Source: Bdellovibrionales bacterium
GTDB taxonomy: Bacteria; Bdellovibrionota; Bdellovibrionia; Bdellovibrionales; UBA1609
Direction: 5' to 3'
Assembly (NCBI GenBank): GCA_965219095.1
Contig: CBDCMT010000001.1
Span: 64,001-128,000, forward strand
DNA: 64,000 nt
Both the position numbers and the translations under genes were made by a program. Below are positions 1 to 12,104 of the stretch, piece after piece (the stretch's first letter is position 1; every line of letters starts with the position of its first letter). The notes under the pieces are model-generated. The model made no database searches. It saw only the letters and a program-made list of their open reading frames with translations, and was not told the DNA's origin.

Positions 1-570
1 GTCTCATCAACATGAATGACCTCTGATTCAAGTATCTTTTCTTTCATCTGCTCTTCCCAACTTTTAAGAAACTCTCCTAATTCAGCAATGTATCTCAACA
101 TAACTGCAGGAGAAATCATTCGACCTATAAGCCCCATGTAATGTTCCCCAACACGTTGAAAAGACAGCATCTGAACTATAATGAAATTGATGATGGAAGC
201 TCTAATGCCTATACCATACTGAAGAGGACCACTCATACCTTTAGGGAATTGACCTTTATTTCTAGCTCCACATGAGGGACAATCCTTAACTTCAGAAGTT
301 ACAGTATGGGTCTGAATTTCATAAAAAATATCAATCTTTTTACGCTTCTCAAGGCTTTTTACCTCTGCTGTCTTTAAACACATCCCACACTGAGAACACT
401 CTGAGGGAGAGACAGTCTCCTCACTGTTTGTATCTTTACTGTTATCAAGTCTAGAGCCCTTTTTCTGACTCCCACTAGCTTTCTTATTACGATTCCCTTG
501 ACGACTAAAATCTTGCGAAGGAGGAAGACCGCTGTTGCTGGAATTTTTTCGAACCTGTTTTTCTAAAAAC
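1..570 (-). mobile_element. IS66-family transposase, N-terminal/central fragment running off the window edge
   Basis: Manual minus-strand translation: ...KNSSNSGLPPSQD...CSQCG...CPSCG...PLQYGIG...VIHVDET. The NSSxPPSxD motif, two Zn knuckles and IHVDET are typical IS66 TnpC motifs. Not in the ORF track. Confidence 0.85.
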
Positions 571-654
571 ACAACAATCAGAATGTTCACAACCTTAAAG
601 AGAGATTCAACAATCACAGAAATCTCAGCTATGAATCTCCTTTCAACTCATCAT

Positions 655-833
655 CTTTCAAAAAAAGGAAAGAAAAAGCCCAAGAAAAGAAAGATAGATA
701 AAAATCCAAATTTAAAAAAATATGTTAAAGAAGGTTTAAAGATGTCTTGGTCTCCAGAACAAATAGTAGGAAGGATGAAGTTAGAGGGCAAAAATTTTTC
801 CATTTCTACTGAATCCATTTACGCTTATCTTTT
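655..833 (+). pseudogene. IS30-family transposase fragment (HTH region)
   Basis: LKKYVKEGLKMSWSPEQIVGR...SISTESIYAY is the IS30 WSPEQI motif; cut by the IS1634 end at 834. Confidence 0.75.
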
Positions 834-1257
834 CCTGACTTCGACACAACACACTGCAACAAGTGAATAATTTCAAATAGTTACAATTTTTGGGGCCACA
901 GGAAAGGGTTTTTTAAAGGTCGACAGATGTTGTGGGAATGAGGCTCATAGAAGAGTTTCTTTTAAGCGAAAAAGCACTATAAATTTCTTCTACTTCCTTT
1001 GTACAACCTGAGGGAAGGCGATAAAGTTTTTTCGTCTTTTTTTCTTCTAAAATACTGTACTGATCTCTTTTTAAGATCTTTCTCATTCTTTCAAAGCTTA
1101 AATTAAGTCCTGCTTGTTTGAGTTTATAAACCATTGTGTAAGAGATCGCATAGGCTAAAAAACAAATGGCAATGTGAGTTTCTATTCTTCTTTTTTTCCA
1201 ATGATAAACAGGCCTCATCTTTAACGTCGTCTTAATTCACTCTAAAAGCCTCTTCTA
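834..1257 (-). mobile_element. IS1634-family element (type B), 3' end fragment
   Basis: MRPVYHW...RIETHIAICFLAY; near-identical to 61000-61422, including terminus CCTGACTTCGACACAACAC. Confidence 0.85.
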
Positions 1258-1581
1258 ATACAGAAAAATGGGTATAAAAAAAATACAGAAGCCATGACTT
1301 ACAAAGACTTTGTAAACGTTTGGTCAAATATCGAGATGAAATTTATACTTTCATTAAGTCTGGAGTAGACCCCACTAACAATTATGGAGAGAGGGAAATT
1401 AGGCCTGCTGTACTTATGAGAAAAATCTCTTATTGCAATCGCTCAGAACAGGGAGCACATAACCAAGAGGTTATGATGAGTGTCGCTCGAACGGCCAAAA
1501 AACAGAATCTATCCTTCGTTGACATAGCTACTGAATACCTCTCTAAACATTAAAATCACTAGAATTTAAGTGAACAGTTAC
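1258..1581 (+). mobile_element. IS66-family transposase C-terminal fragment with terminal repeat
   Basis: VDPTNNYGEREIRPAVLMRKIS motif (ORF 1320-1553); ends in GTGAACAGTTAC, a typical IS66 ...TTAC end. Confidence 0.8.
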
Positions 1582-1806
1582 CTCTTAACCTTATCTAATA
1601 ATACGTAATAGCAAAAACTATTCCAAGCCTAACTCCTTATTATTTAAACTTGAGCCTCTTTAAATTCAAAGGTGACAAAAATTGTTAAACACTTGTGACA
1701 AAAATTGTCACACACTTTCTTCAATTTTTTTTGCTAAATTAAAAATTAAGTCACCAGTTTGAGGGAGGATCTCCGTTACTAAAGGGCAAATTGAGGATTA
1801 TAACAC

Positions 1807-1836
1807 TTGACTTCAAAAGAACTATTATGATAAAAT
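1807..1836 (+). promoter_or_regulatory. sigma70-type promoter of large secreted protein (copy 1)
   Basis: TTGACT-18 bp-TAAAAT with extended -10 TG; ATG at 1846. A similar promoter lies at ~27486-27515. Confidence 0.55.
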
Positions 1837-1845
1837 ACAATCCTT

Positions 1846-4800
1846 ATGGTGAAAATGGATAAGATGCAAAAAAAAAAAATTCAAATATTTTTTTTCTAAT
1901 ATTCTAATATATTTAACTTTACTTTCGTGGTCTTTTGAATCTTTGGCCAGTTTCTCTTGTGCAAACCTCTTTCAATCAAATGAAAAATCCCTTTTCTATA
2001 ACGATATGATTTCAAAAAATAACGATATGATTTCAAAAAAAATAGATGATATTGAAAGAGATTTTTCAGAGCCAGACAAGACTTTCAAAATTATTGAATC
2101 TATAGATCGTTTGGATTTAAAGAAGCTAGAAAGTGTTCATAAAAAAAGACTTATAAACATTCTCCTTCCTAAGAAAGCAAATACTCTTGAGGAAAAAAAA
2201 AGTATAAACAATTTTTGGACATATCTATCATTAGAGATTTTTCAGAGCCAGATGGGACTTTCAAACGAAAACTACAAGCACTTAGAGGGACATATTAAAG
2301 TAATGAAGGCTCTAGTTGAGGAGCTTAAATTATTTAAAAAAACTATTCAAGAAGACATTCTTTATAGAATATTTGAACATAAAATTTATGATAATTATTG
2401 GCTGTTCCTTGAAATTTTTAATAGAGAAGATTTAAAAGATGTATTTTTAAAATATATAGAGCAAGAAGATGCCTTTTCCAAACATCTAGAAAACATGAAT
2501 ACCTTTGATTTCTTTTTGATAAATGCTTTTTTGGTACCTGAACTTACAAGTGGGAGAAATCTTGATTATTTAGAAAAAAATAAAAAAGCATGGAAAGCCT
2601 TAGAGTTTCTTTTTCTCATCCCTGAACTCCATGAGAGTTATCTTAATACTTATATAAGTAAAGAAAAATGGCTAACTAAAAAAAACATTTCTTTTGCCGT
2701 AAAGACTTGGCTTTATCTACAGTATAAATCAAATAAACAATTTAAAAATATAAGCAGTCTATTTTCTACACTTTTTGATGTGCTTAAACAATTTAATTAT
2801 AATAGTGATTCTTATATCATTAATTATGGAGATATAATGTTTTCAATAATTTTTATGCCATCTCAGCATCAGAAGGAGATTAGGAAGTACATTACAGCTG
2901 TATTAAAAACTCCAACTGAACTCATACAAGAATTCACTATTCCCAATCTCCAACTTGATAGGCTACCTTTAAAAACCAGCAATGGTGAAAAAAGCCTATC
3001 TCAAATACTAGAAACTTTCTCGGGAACACATCCAGATCTCCTTCCCAATAAAATATTGCCTACTCTATGGGATCGAGTACAAAGCATGCCTTCTGTTTTA
3101 GGACTCTTAAACGGTTGGTTAAAACATTTACCAAAATTTTATTTGAATGGACTTCCCCAAATTCCTAAAAATTCAACAGAGCTTTTGTGTAAAATTACAG
3201 GCCTTCATGTTTCTCATACTCCTTACATACAAAATTTAAAAAATCCAAATCAGTTGTTTGAGATGCTTCTAGATATGCAAAGTAGATATAAAGCACCAAT
3301 TTTTCATAATTTAGAAATAAACTCTAATCTGTTTGAATCTTCTCAAACGAAACATTTTTTTCTAAATTTTTTAGAAGCATTAAGACGAATCGAGTTATTT
3401 GAAAATACTAAAAGGAATAACGCTTATGTAGGACCTCACTCATCTTTTCAGAAAATTACTTCAAAATACAAACTTGATCAAACAGAAATCAATCTTCAAA
3501 ATATTGAGAATATAACCTCTTTTTTAAAGAAAGAGTTTATCAAAAAACTTCCAGATTTTTTTGATAACAATGAGATTAACTTCTCCCATGATGAATGGAA
3601 AAAATTAGAAGAAAAATTAGGTGATTTAGATGCTGTTTTTACTCTTTTATCAAGATTATCAGGGGCAAAAGATGAACAATATTCTATTGTTCAATCTTTA
3701 GAGGCTATTTTAAAAGATGAATTTGAAAAGTACAAATTTGATGATAATAGAGATTATCAGCTTAAAAGCTTAAATGATCAACAATTTAATGCTTGGAAAA
3801 AGAAAAGAGTTCTTTTAAGTTTAATCGATACTGAAAAGAAGGTCATTAAAAATGAATTTAATAATAGAAGGGATCAGGTTAAAAAATACATTCAAAATAA
3901 ACTGCTACCACCAATTCAAAAAATCACTCAAAAACTTGGAGAGAAGAATAAATCAGAAAAAACTCTTTCCAAAGAACTTCTTGAGCCTCTAATTTTAGAA
4001 CACATTCATCAACCTAAAGCCCCAAAAGAAATTTTACAACAATACTTTGCTGAAAAAGGTTTTTCCGAAACAAAATCCAAATCTTTTACAACTCAACTTT
4101 TTAAAGGTTTAGTCCAGTTATTACAGACAGAAGGAATTAACAATTCTCTTTTTTTAAAGGGGCTTCAAAAAGTTATAAAACTTTACTTATTTGAAATGAG
4201 GAAAGGTGATCTTTTTGATGAAATTAAACCATTTATAAAACCATTTATAGAGAGTTTAAAAGAAATAGACAATATATTTCAAGCAGTAAACTTAGAGCAT
4301 GTAAATAATGGTTTTATAGTTTCAGTTGTAGATCATTCTCCAAAACTTTTAATGACTACAGGAAATTTAGTAAAAAATTGTGCAAGTTGCATGAATCATA
4401 AAACAGGTTCTCAAATTGGTTACTTACCATCTTATGTTATTGATGGCAACATTCAAATCATGCTCAGTTTTCATTTAAAAGAAAAAGATTTTTATATTAG
4501 AAGAGATTATTTAACTGTTCTTAAATCTTATATTAATGACAACTTATCAGTTTCTTTTAACGGCAACTTAAAAGTATTTACTTTTAAAACAAAAGAGGGG
4601 GAATTTGCAACTCGTCCCATTGAGTATGCAGTTTTACGTCAGATGTTAAAAATAGGGTTTGAAGAAAAAGCTGTCCTCTCACGTGTCTCACGTGTACGTC
4701 AGATGTTAAAAATAGGGTTTGAAGAAAAAACTTCTCGTCCAGGGGTTTTCTTGGAGTTATCGTATAATAAATACGATAACTCTCATATAATTGATCAAAT

Positions 4801-4978
4801 TTCTCAAGACAACCATAAGAAACTTCTTTTAGAGATCATTCATGACATGAAGGCTTTAAATGAATCTTCTAGAATTATTATGGCTCCATCACGAAATTCT
4901 TTAGGGGCTTATGGTTACGTACATGAAGGAAAAGTAGATATTGCTCCAATCAAACTATACGAAGAGCCTGTAAATTAA
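1846..4978 (+). CDS. Large (~1040 aa) putative secreted hypothetical protein, copy 1; signal-peptide region frameshifted
   Basis: ORF 1943-4978. The paralog at 27525 shows the real start MVKMDKMQKKIQIFFSN... Here A12/T8 (vs A9/T7) gives an early TAA. C-terminal CASC...LPSYVIDGNIQ motif; stop codon lies inside an IS256-like end. Confidence 0.75.
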
Positions 4979-5020
4979 ATTGTGTAACTGATTTTTTTAA
5001 AAAATTTTTCTGAAATGAAC

Positions 5021-5342
5021 CCTAACCGCAATTCACTAGTGCAACCTTTTCTTTCATCATAATCTCATAAGGTGTTAACCAGTCAAGACATTTCATGAGC
5101 CTATTGTTAATTTCAAATTCAATTTTCTTTAAACGTCGTCGAGTAGGTCAACGAGTTGAGATCAGAACCCTTGGGAAGGTATTGTCTCAACACACCAATG
5201 CGATTCTCATTAGTTCCTCTTTGATAACTGGAGTAAGGATCACATAAGAAAACTTTCACTCCTACTTTATCTTCGTAACCTCTATGATCTGAAAACTCTT
5301 GACCTCTATCATTAACCATGGATTTCTTAGGAAGCTTTCTTA
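5021..5342 (-). pseudogene. IS30-family transposase C-terminal fragment
   Basis: NDRGQEFS...CDPYSSYQRGTNENRIGVLRQYLPKG; truncated by the IS at 5343. Confidence 0.85.
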
Positions 5343-7044
5343 CCTAAAATCCCGTTAAGTTATAACTAGGATTTTAACAAAATCTTATAAGTGCTTAAAA
5401 ATACGGTGATTTTTTTAATTTTTTTTCTTGCAATCTCTTTTTCCATGGTTATAATTATAACTATGAGCTACAGAGTCGAGCAAAAAATTAAAGGAAAAAT
5501 TTACATTTATGAAGTTAAGAGCTTTTGGGATAAATCCAAGCAACAAGCAAGACAAAAAAGAACTTATCTTGGACGCAAGGATGAAAAAACAGGCAAAATT
5601 GTTTTAACTTCTAAAAACTCTATTGTTCCTAAAGGTTCCTATAAATTTGGCAGTTTTTTTCTACTTAAAAATCTATCTGATCAAATTAATTTAACAAAAG
5701 TTCTAAAAAAAGTTTTTCCATACGATTACAAAAAATACCTTTCTGTTGTATTTTACAAAGTGATCCAAGCTGATCCTTACTATTTATACAAGCTATGGGA
5801 AGAGGAAACCTATACTTTTTCCAATATTGGGCTTGATTCCCAGAGAATAAGTGAGATGCTCTTGGATATTGGAAAAAATGAAAAGCACATTGAAGTGTTT
5901 TTTAGCAATTGGATTAATGAGTAGGACAATAAATATTCAGTTATGTTTGATATTTCATCCATTTCTTCTTATTCTAAAAATAACGAACTAGTTGATCGTA
6001 GCTATAACTGTGACAAGAAGAATCTCGGTCAAACAAATTTAGGGATTATTAGTAGACGTGAGAAAAACTCTATTCAACTACCTTTAGCTTATAGAATATA
6101 TCCTGGAAGTATATCGGATGTAGTAACTTTAAAAAACATAATTAAACTGATTAAGTACTATAAACTTAATGTTAATTATTTTGTTATGGATAGAGGTTTT
6201 TATAGCAAGGAAAATATACGAGAGATGAATAACAAAGGGCTAAAATTCCTCCTACCACTGGTCTTTACAACACGAAAAGCAAAACAATTAGTTTATGATT
6301 TTGATGAAGAAATCAGCAAACCTATTTGCTCTTTTTTATACAATGAAAATGTTTATTCTCATGTAAGGACTAAGGTAGAAATAAATGGAGTTATGTGTGT
6401 AGCACATATTTTTTTAGATAAAGAAAGAAGAGCAAGGGAGGAGAGTTTGTTGATAAGAAAAATGTCATATTTGGAATCAATTTTCTCAGAGAAGGGTTTT
6501 AAAGATGAAATAAGTGCTGAAGAATATATTAAAGAAACAATGAAGTCAAAGAGAAGATTCTTTAAAGTAAAGAAGAGAAATAAAAGGGTTACTATAGAAA
6601 GAGATGAAGTTTTCCTCAAAGAGGCAGTTATGCAAATGGGAAAGTTTATTTTTATTACAAATGAAAGGGGCTTAGATCGGAAGGATGTGTTATTGCTTTA
6701 TCGCAGTAGAGATGGGATAGAAAGATTATTTAGATCTTTTAAGCACGATATTCTTGAAAAAAGGAGTAGGGTAAAATCATCCACTTCAATGAAGGGAAGT
6801 GTTTTTATAAACTTTTTGGCTTTGATTTTAATTTCTCATATTGATAAAATTATGAATCAAGAAAAGTTATACAAAAAAGTTACTAAAAAGGAGTTATTTA
6901 GAACACTTGATCAGCTTAAAGTTTACCATCTTGCAAATGATAAGATCATTTTAGCCGAAGTATCAAAACGTCAAAAAGAAATTTTTTCGGCGTTTAAATT
7001 GTTGAAAAAGCTCAAACCTAGTTATAACTCAGCGGGATTTTAGG
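5343..7044 (+). mobile_element. IS1634-family element (type A), full length, transposase split by in-frame TAG
   Basis: TIRs CCTAAAATCCCG...CGGGATTTTAGG. ORFs 5391-5924 and 5943-7043 are in the same frame (NE*DNKYSVMFDISS). DDE motifs FDISS, VMDRGF, YRSRDGIE. Confidence 0.9.
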
Positions 7045-7399
7045 TTTAAAAGCTCTAAACGACTGAGGAATCCAGTTCAACAATTTTTTCATATTTGAGT
7101 GTGTATTTTTACAATTTTTTCACAAAAAATTCTTATTTGTTTTGATGGAGAAGAGAAGAACTAATTTCGAGATCAAATTCTAGGGCAAGGACTTTCAAAA
7201 AACCCTTTTCGTTGGAAAAAGAGAATTTGTAAAAAATTATCAAAAATACTTAGTACTACTTTGGCAAGTGAATTAAGTTGTGTTATAATAGGCTCAAAGA
7301 TACTTAAGGAGGGGTTGAGTATGAGATATTCAGAGTTAAAAAAAATGCCTCCTCAAAAGAACCTCCGAGAACCTACAGATTCTTTTGAGGGGGGCGAAA

Positions 7400-7647
7400 A
7401 TACTTTCTCTATCGTTCGTCAACAAACAAGAAAGGTGAAGAATTGGAAGAGAAATCCTCGACAAATCTCCTTATGGATCGCAGCTTCCTTGTTACATGTT
7501 GAAAAAAAGTTTTGCACTGTCAGGGGATATAAACAAATCCCTCTATTTATAGAAGAAATAAATAAAATAAACCTTGAAAAATAAATGGAGATAGCTTAAT
7601 TATGAAAAAGCCCTTTCTGAAAGTCTAACGGGATTACGGACATCCTC
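7400..7647 (+). mobile_element. IS256-family 3' remnant with terminal IR
   Basis: FSIVRQQTRKVKNWK...INLEK matches the C-terminus at 14291-14490; ends GGGATTACGGACATCCTC. Confidence 0.85.
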
Positions 7648-7679
7648 CATTCTAGCATAGTCCGCAAGTATGCTTCGGA

Positions 7680-7730
7680 GGGTTCATTCACCCACGGCTA
7701 AAGCCGTGGTGCTCTGTCTTCGACTGCATA
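7680..7730. repeat. IS200/IS605-type subterminal hairpin remnant
   Basis: CCACGGCTAAAGCCGTGG GC-rich hairpin resembling IS200/IS605 ends; no tnpA or tnpB nearby. Confidence 0.5.
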
Positions 7731-7803
7731 GAGAAGATATTATAAAAAAAGACATAAATTGTAAAATTTAAGCAAAAAAAGAGTTTAAACAAAATACTGT
7801 TAA

Positions 7804-9432
7804 ATTAACTCAGGCTTAGAGTGTGGTAGCAAACCTGAACTGCTTATTGCTTTAGCTCTTATGAAAAACCCTGAAGCCGCCATCATATGTAACGGCTTTA
7901 AAGATCGAGATTATATTGAAATGACCTTACTGGCTCAGAAAATCAACAAACATACCATCATTGTTGTAGAGAGAATAGAAGAGTTAGAAACCATTATAGA
8001 GATCAGTAAAAGCATAGACCTTAAGCCTTCTATTGGTTTTAGAGTGAAGCTCCACACCTCCTCTAAAAGCCATTGGAGGGATAGTACAGGAATGAATTCT
8101 AAGTTTGGTTTGACCTCTAGAGAGGTTGTTCATTGCATGGAAACACTAAAAAATAACAATTTCACAAATTCCTTAGAACTACTTCACTTCCATATTGGTT
8201 CTCAAGTCCCCTCCATACAACATATTAAAAACGGTGTTAAAGAAGGTGTTCGTTTTTATGTAGAAATTAAAAAACAAGCCCCGTCTTTAAAATATCTAGA
8301 TGTGGGAGGAGGTTTAGGGGTCAATTATGAGGCTCCTCAAAATTTAGATTCTAAAAACTCTCTGAATTACACTCCTCAAGAATACGCTAATGACATCATT
8401 TTTATCACCCAATCCATTTGCGATGAACAAGATATCGAACATCCATGTATTATTACTGAATCAGGACGTTTTCTTGTAGCTCATAGTTCTGTTCTCATCA
8501 CAGACGTTCTAGGAGAACAAGCTAAGTCTTTACAAGAAGAGATTGTTTTTACCATCAACTCTAAAGATTCTCAAATCGTAAAAGAGCTCTTAGAACTCTA
8601 TACCGATGTAAATGAGAAAAACTTTTACGAGTTTTATAACGATCTAGTAGAAAAAAAGAGAGATATTTTACAAATGTTCACTTATGGGGTTTTAAGTTTA
8701 GAACAAAGAGGGCGAGCTGAAGAGTTATACCAAGCTATTGCACAAAAAATGATCCGGTTAGCAAAAAAAACAAAAGGATCTGAGGAAATTTGCTATAACC
8801 TAGAAAGCCAATTGTCCTCTATTTATTTCTGCAACTTCTCTGTGTTCCAATCACTACCTGATTCTTGGGCCTTAAGCCAAGTCTTTCCTATCATGCCCAT
8901 TCAAAGACTTCATGAAAAACCAACACAACGTGCGATTTTAGCTGACTTGACCTGTGACTCTGATGGAAAAATTGAACGTTTCATCGATCCAGAAACAAAA
9001 GAAGTACAAAAGTATTTAGAGGTTCATGAGTTGAATTTAAAAGATCCTTACTACATTGGATTTTTTCTAACAGGAGCTTATCAAGAAGTTTTAGGAGACT
9101 TACATAACCTTTTTGGAGATACCAATACAGTCCAAGTATCCATTCATGAAGATGGCGGTTATACACTTAATGAAGTGTCCAGAGAGGATTCTGTCTCTGA
9201 AGTTCTAAGTTATTTAAGATACCAAGGGCATGATCTCTTTGAAAAAGTAAGAAAAGAGTGTGAAAAAAGCATTCAAGAAAAAAGATTCTCTATGAAAGAA
9301 GCCCACCTTTTCCTTAGAAAGTATGGGAAGAGTTTAAAAGGCTCCCCTTATCTTATCTCTTCAAAAAATAAAGACTTACTCAATTCCGACACCCTATTTT
9401 CAGAAGGAATTTCAAGTTCATGTCATATCTAA
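7804..9432 (+). pseudogene. speA: Biosynthetic arginine decarboxylase, 5'-truncated
   Basis: GLECGSKPEL, LHFHIGSQ, DVGGGLG, TESGR, NFSVFQSLPDSW, TCDSDG and GAYQEVLGDLHNLFG motifs. The frame begins after TAA at 7801, so the N-terminal region with the PLP lysine (YPIK) is missing. Confidence 0.9.
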
Positions 9433-10019
9433 TTTTAGCTTTTGCCCTTTTATTTTTCTTAGGTCATTTTTTAAACTGGGTTTTTATAAAGACAAAAGTC
9501 CCTGATCTATTAATTCTCATTGTTATTGGGTATGTTATAGGGCCTGTTTTAGGACTTATGAAGCCTTCAGACTTTGGCACCTTAGGTCCTTTTTTTTCTA
9601 CAACAGCCCTCATTGTGATTTTGTATGAAGGTGGCTTAAACCTTAAATTTCAAAAACTTACAGCCTCAGCAAGTCTTGCGTTAAAGATCTCTTGCCTTTC
9701 CTTCCTGACTATAAGCATCACTTCTTTTTTCCTTATAGTGACTCTTTTTCTGAAAGATTTCACAACAGCTCTTTTAACTTCTCTTGCCCTAGGATCTACT
9801 TCTTCTGCTATCGTCATACCTCTTCTTAAAAACCTCAATATATCTGGAAAAATGAAAGATGTCTTAGCTTTAGAATCAGCCTTTACTGATGTTTTAGCCA
9901 TCGTTTTGTTCCTAGTTGTTTTAGATTCAACCATCAGTGAAAAATTTGAAGCCTCTCAGATTTTCATTGCTGTAGGACCTAACACTTTAATAGCTATTCT
10001 ATGGGGTTTTTTCAGTGGT
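9420..10019 (+). pseudogene. Cation:proton antiporter (CPA1/NhaP-like), 3'-truncated
   Basis: Multi-TM; ILYEGGL, LGSTSSAIV and LESAFTDV motifs; cut at 10020 by the inverted duplication. Confidence 0.8.
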
Positions 10020-11519
10020 ATTGTTATTTTTTAGTGTTTCCATGCAATGAACAACCTCTCTAGAGGTCAAACCAAACTTAGAATTCATTCCTGTACTATC
10101 CCTCCAATGGCTTTTAGAGGAGGTGTGGAGCTTCACTCTAAAACCAATAGAAGGCTTAAGGTCTATGCTTTTACTGATCTCTATAATGGTTTCTAACTCT
10201 TCTATTCTCTCTACAACAATGATGGTATGTTTGTTGATTTTCTGAGCCAGTAAGGTCATTTCAATATAATCTCGATCTTTAAAGCCGTTACATATGATGG
10301 CGGCTTCAGGGTTTTTCATAAGAGCTAAAGCAATAAGCAGTTCAGGTTTGCTACCACACTCTAAGCCTGAGTTAATTTAACAGTATTTTGTTTAAACTCT
10401 TTTTTTGCTTAAATTTTACAATTTATGTCTTTTTTTATAATATCTTCTCTATGCAGTCGAAGACAGAGCACCACGGCTTTAGCCGTGGGTGAATGAACCC
10501 TCCGAAGCATACTTGCGGACTATGCTAGAATGGAGGATGTCCGTAATCCCGTTAGACTTTCAGAAAGGGCTTTTTCATAATTAAGCTATCTCCATTTATT
10601 TTTCAAGGTTTATTTTATTTATTTCTTCTATAAATAGAGGGATTTGTTTATATCCCCTGACAGTGCAAAACTTTTTTTCAACATGTAACAAGGAAGCTGC
10701 GATCCATAAGGAGATTTGTCGAGGATTTCTCTTCCAATTCTTCACCTTTCTTGTTTGTTGACGAACGATAGAGAAAGTATTTTCGCCCCCCTCAAAAGAA
10801 TCTGTAGGTTCTCGGAGGTTCTTTTGAGGAGGCATTTTTTTTAACTCTGAATATCTCATACTCAACCCCTCCTTAAGTATCTTTGAGCCTATTATAACAC
10901 AACTTAATTCACTTGCCAAAGTAGTACTAAGTATTTTTGATAATTTTTTACAAATTCTCTTTTTCCAACGAAAAGGGTTTTTTGAAAGTCCTTGCCCTAG
11001 AATTTGATCTCGAAATTAGTTCTTCTCTTCTCCATCAAAACAAATAAGAATTTTTTGTGAAAAAATTGTAAAAATACACACTCAAATATGAAAAAATTGT
11101 TGAACTGGATTCCTCAGTCGTTTAGAGCTTTTAAACCTAAAATCCCGCTGAGTTATAACTAGGTTTGAGCTTTTTCAACAATTTAAACGCCGAAAAAATT
11201 TCTTTTTGACGTTTTGATACTTCGGCTAAAATGATCTTATCATTTGCAAGATGGTAAACTTTAAGCTGATCAAGTGTTCTAAATAACTCCTTTTTAGTAA
11301 CTTTTTTGTATAACTTTTCTTGATTCATAATTTTATCAATATGAGAAATTAAAATCAAAGCCAAAAAGTTTATAAAAACACTTCCCTTCATTGAAGTGGA
11401 TGATTTTACCCTACTCCTTTTTTCAAGAATATCGTGCTTAAAAGATCTAAATAATCTTTCTATCCCATCTCTACTGCGATAAAGCAATAACACATCCTTC
11501 CGATCTAAGCCCCTTTCAT
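10020..11519 (-). repeat. Perfect 1500-bp inverted copy of 6661-8160
   Basis: Junctions checked by eye (10020<->8160, 11519<->6661). The ORF track shows identical mirrored peptides (speA part, IS256 remnant, IS1634 end). Confidence 0.95.
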
Positions 11520-12104
11520 GAGTGTAACCTTGAGGCTACGAGAAATAACTTGAGAAGGAGAGGGCATCATTTTGCAATAATAACATATAATATTATTATT
11601 GCAAGATCATGATTTTCTTGCCTAATTCCAAATACTTTTCCACCAAGGAGTCTTCTCATCATCTCTGTTGGAGGAACTAGCTCCTTTTTTTTACGTTTGA
11701 CTAAATAGAAAAAGCAGGTCATTGGTTTAACTACGATTTAAACCAATCCCCCTCTCAGAAACCCAAAAATCAATGTGCCTATTTCTAAAAACCCAAGCAT
11801 TTCCAGAAACTCTAGCATTGTCAGAAACTTTAGTATCTCCATAAATCCCTCTTTCTTTTAGAGCTTTAAGAATATTGAGCGATTTTGTTATTTATACGGG
11901 GCACTTTCTAACTCATTCAAAAATGCTACCATTAAAATTTAATCCTTCAGAGAAAGCCTTAGGAAAATGTTTTACAATAAGATCAATAAAAACTTCCCCT
12001 TGAAAATTTAAGAAACATCTTCCTCCGTAGGGTCAAGGGCTGTTAAGAAATCGACTTATAATATTTTTATTAAATGAACTTGTAATTTAGGCTTAGTTTT
12101 AGAA

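Noticed and set aside
535..870. 111-aa ORF as a real gene
   Set aside because: Chimera of antisense IS66, an IS30 fragment and an IS1634 end.
4964..4997. Dispersed motif AAATTGTGTAACTGATTTTTT (also ~30457, 36112, 46276, 58304, 61666) as a regulator site
   Set aside because: Usually preceded by GAGCCTGTA-like sequence, resembling IS256-family terminal repeats.
7261..7584. 107-aa ORF (and its mirror 10596-10919) as a gene
   Set aside because: Fusion of ISL3-end and IS256-end remnants.
7680..7730. TnpB/IscB omega-RNA system
   Set aside because: Only a short terminal hairpin; no nuclease ORF is adjacent.
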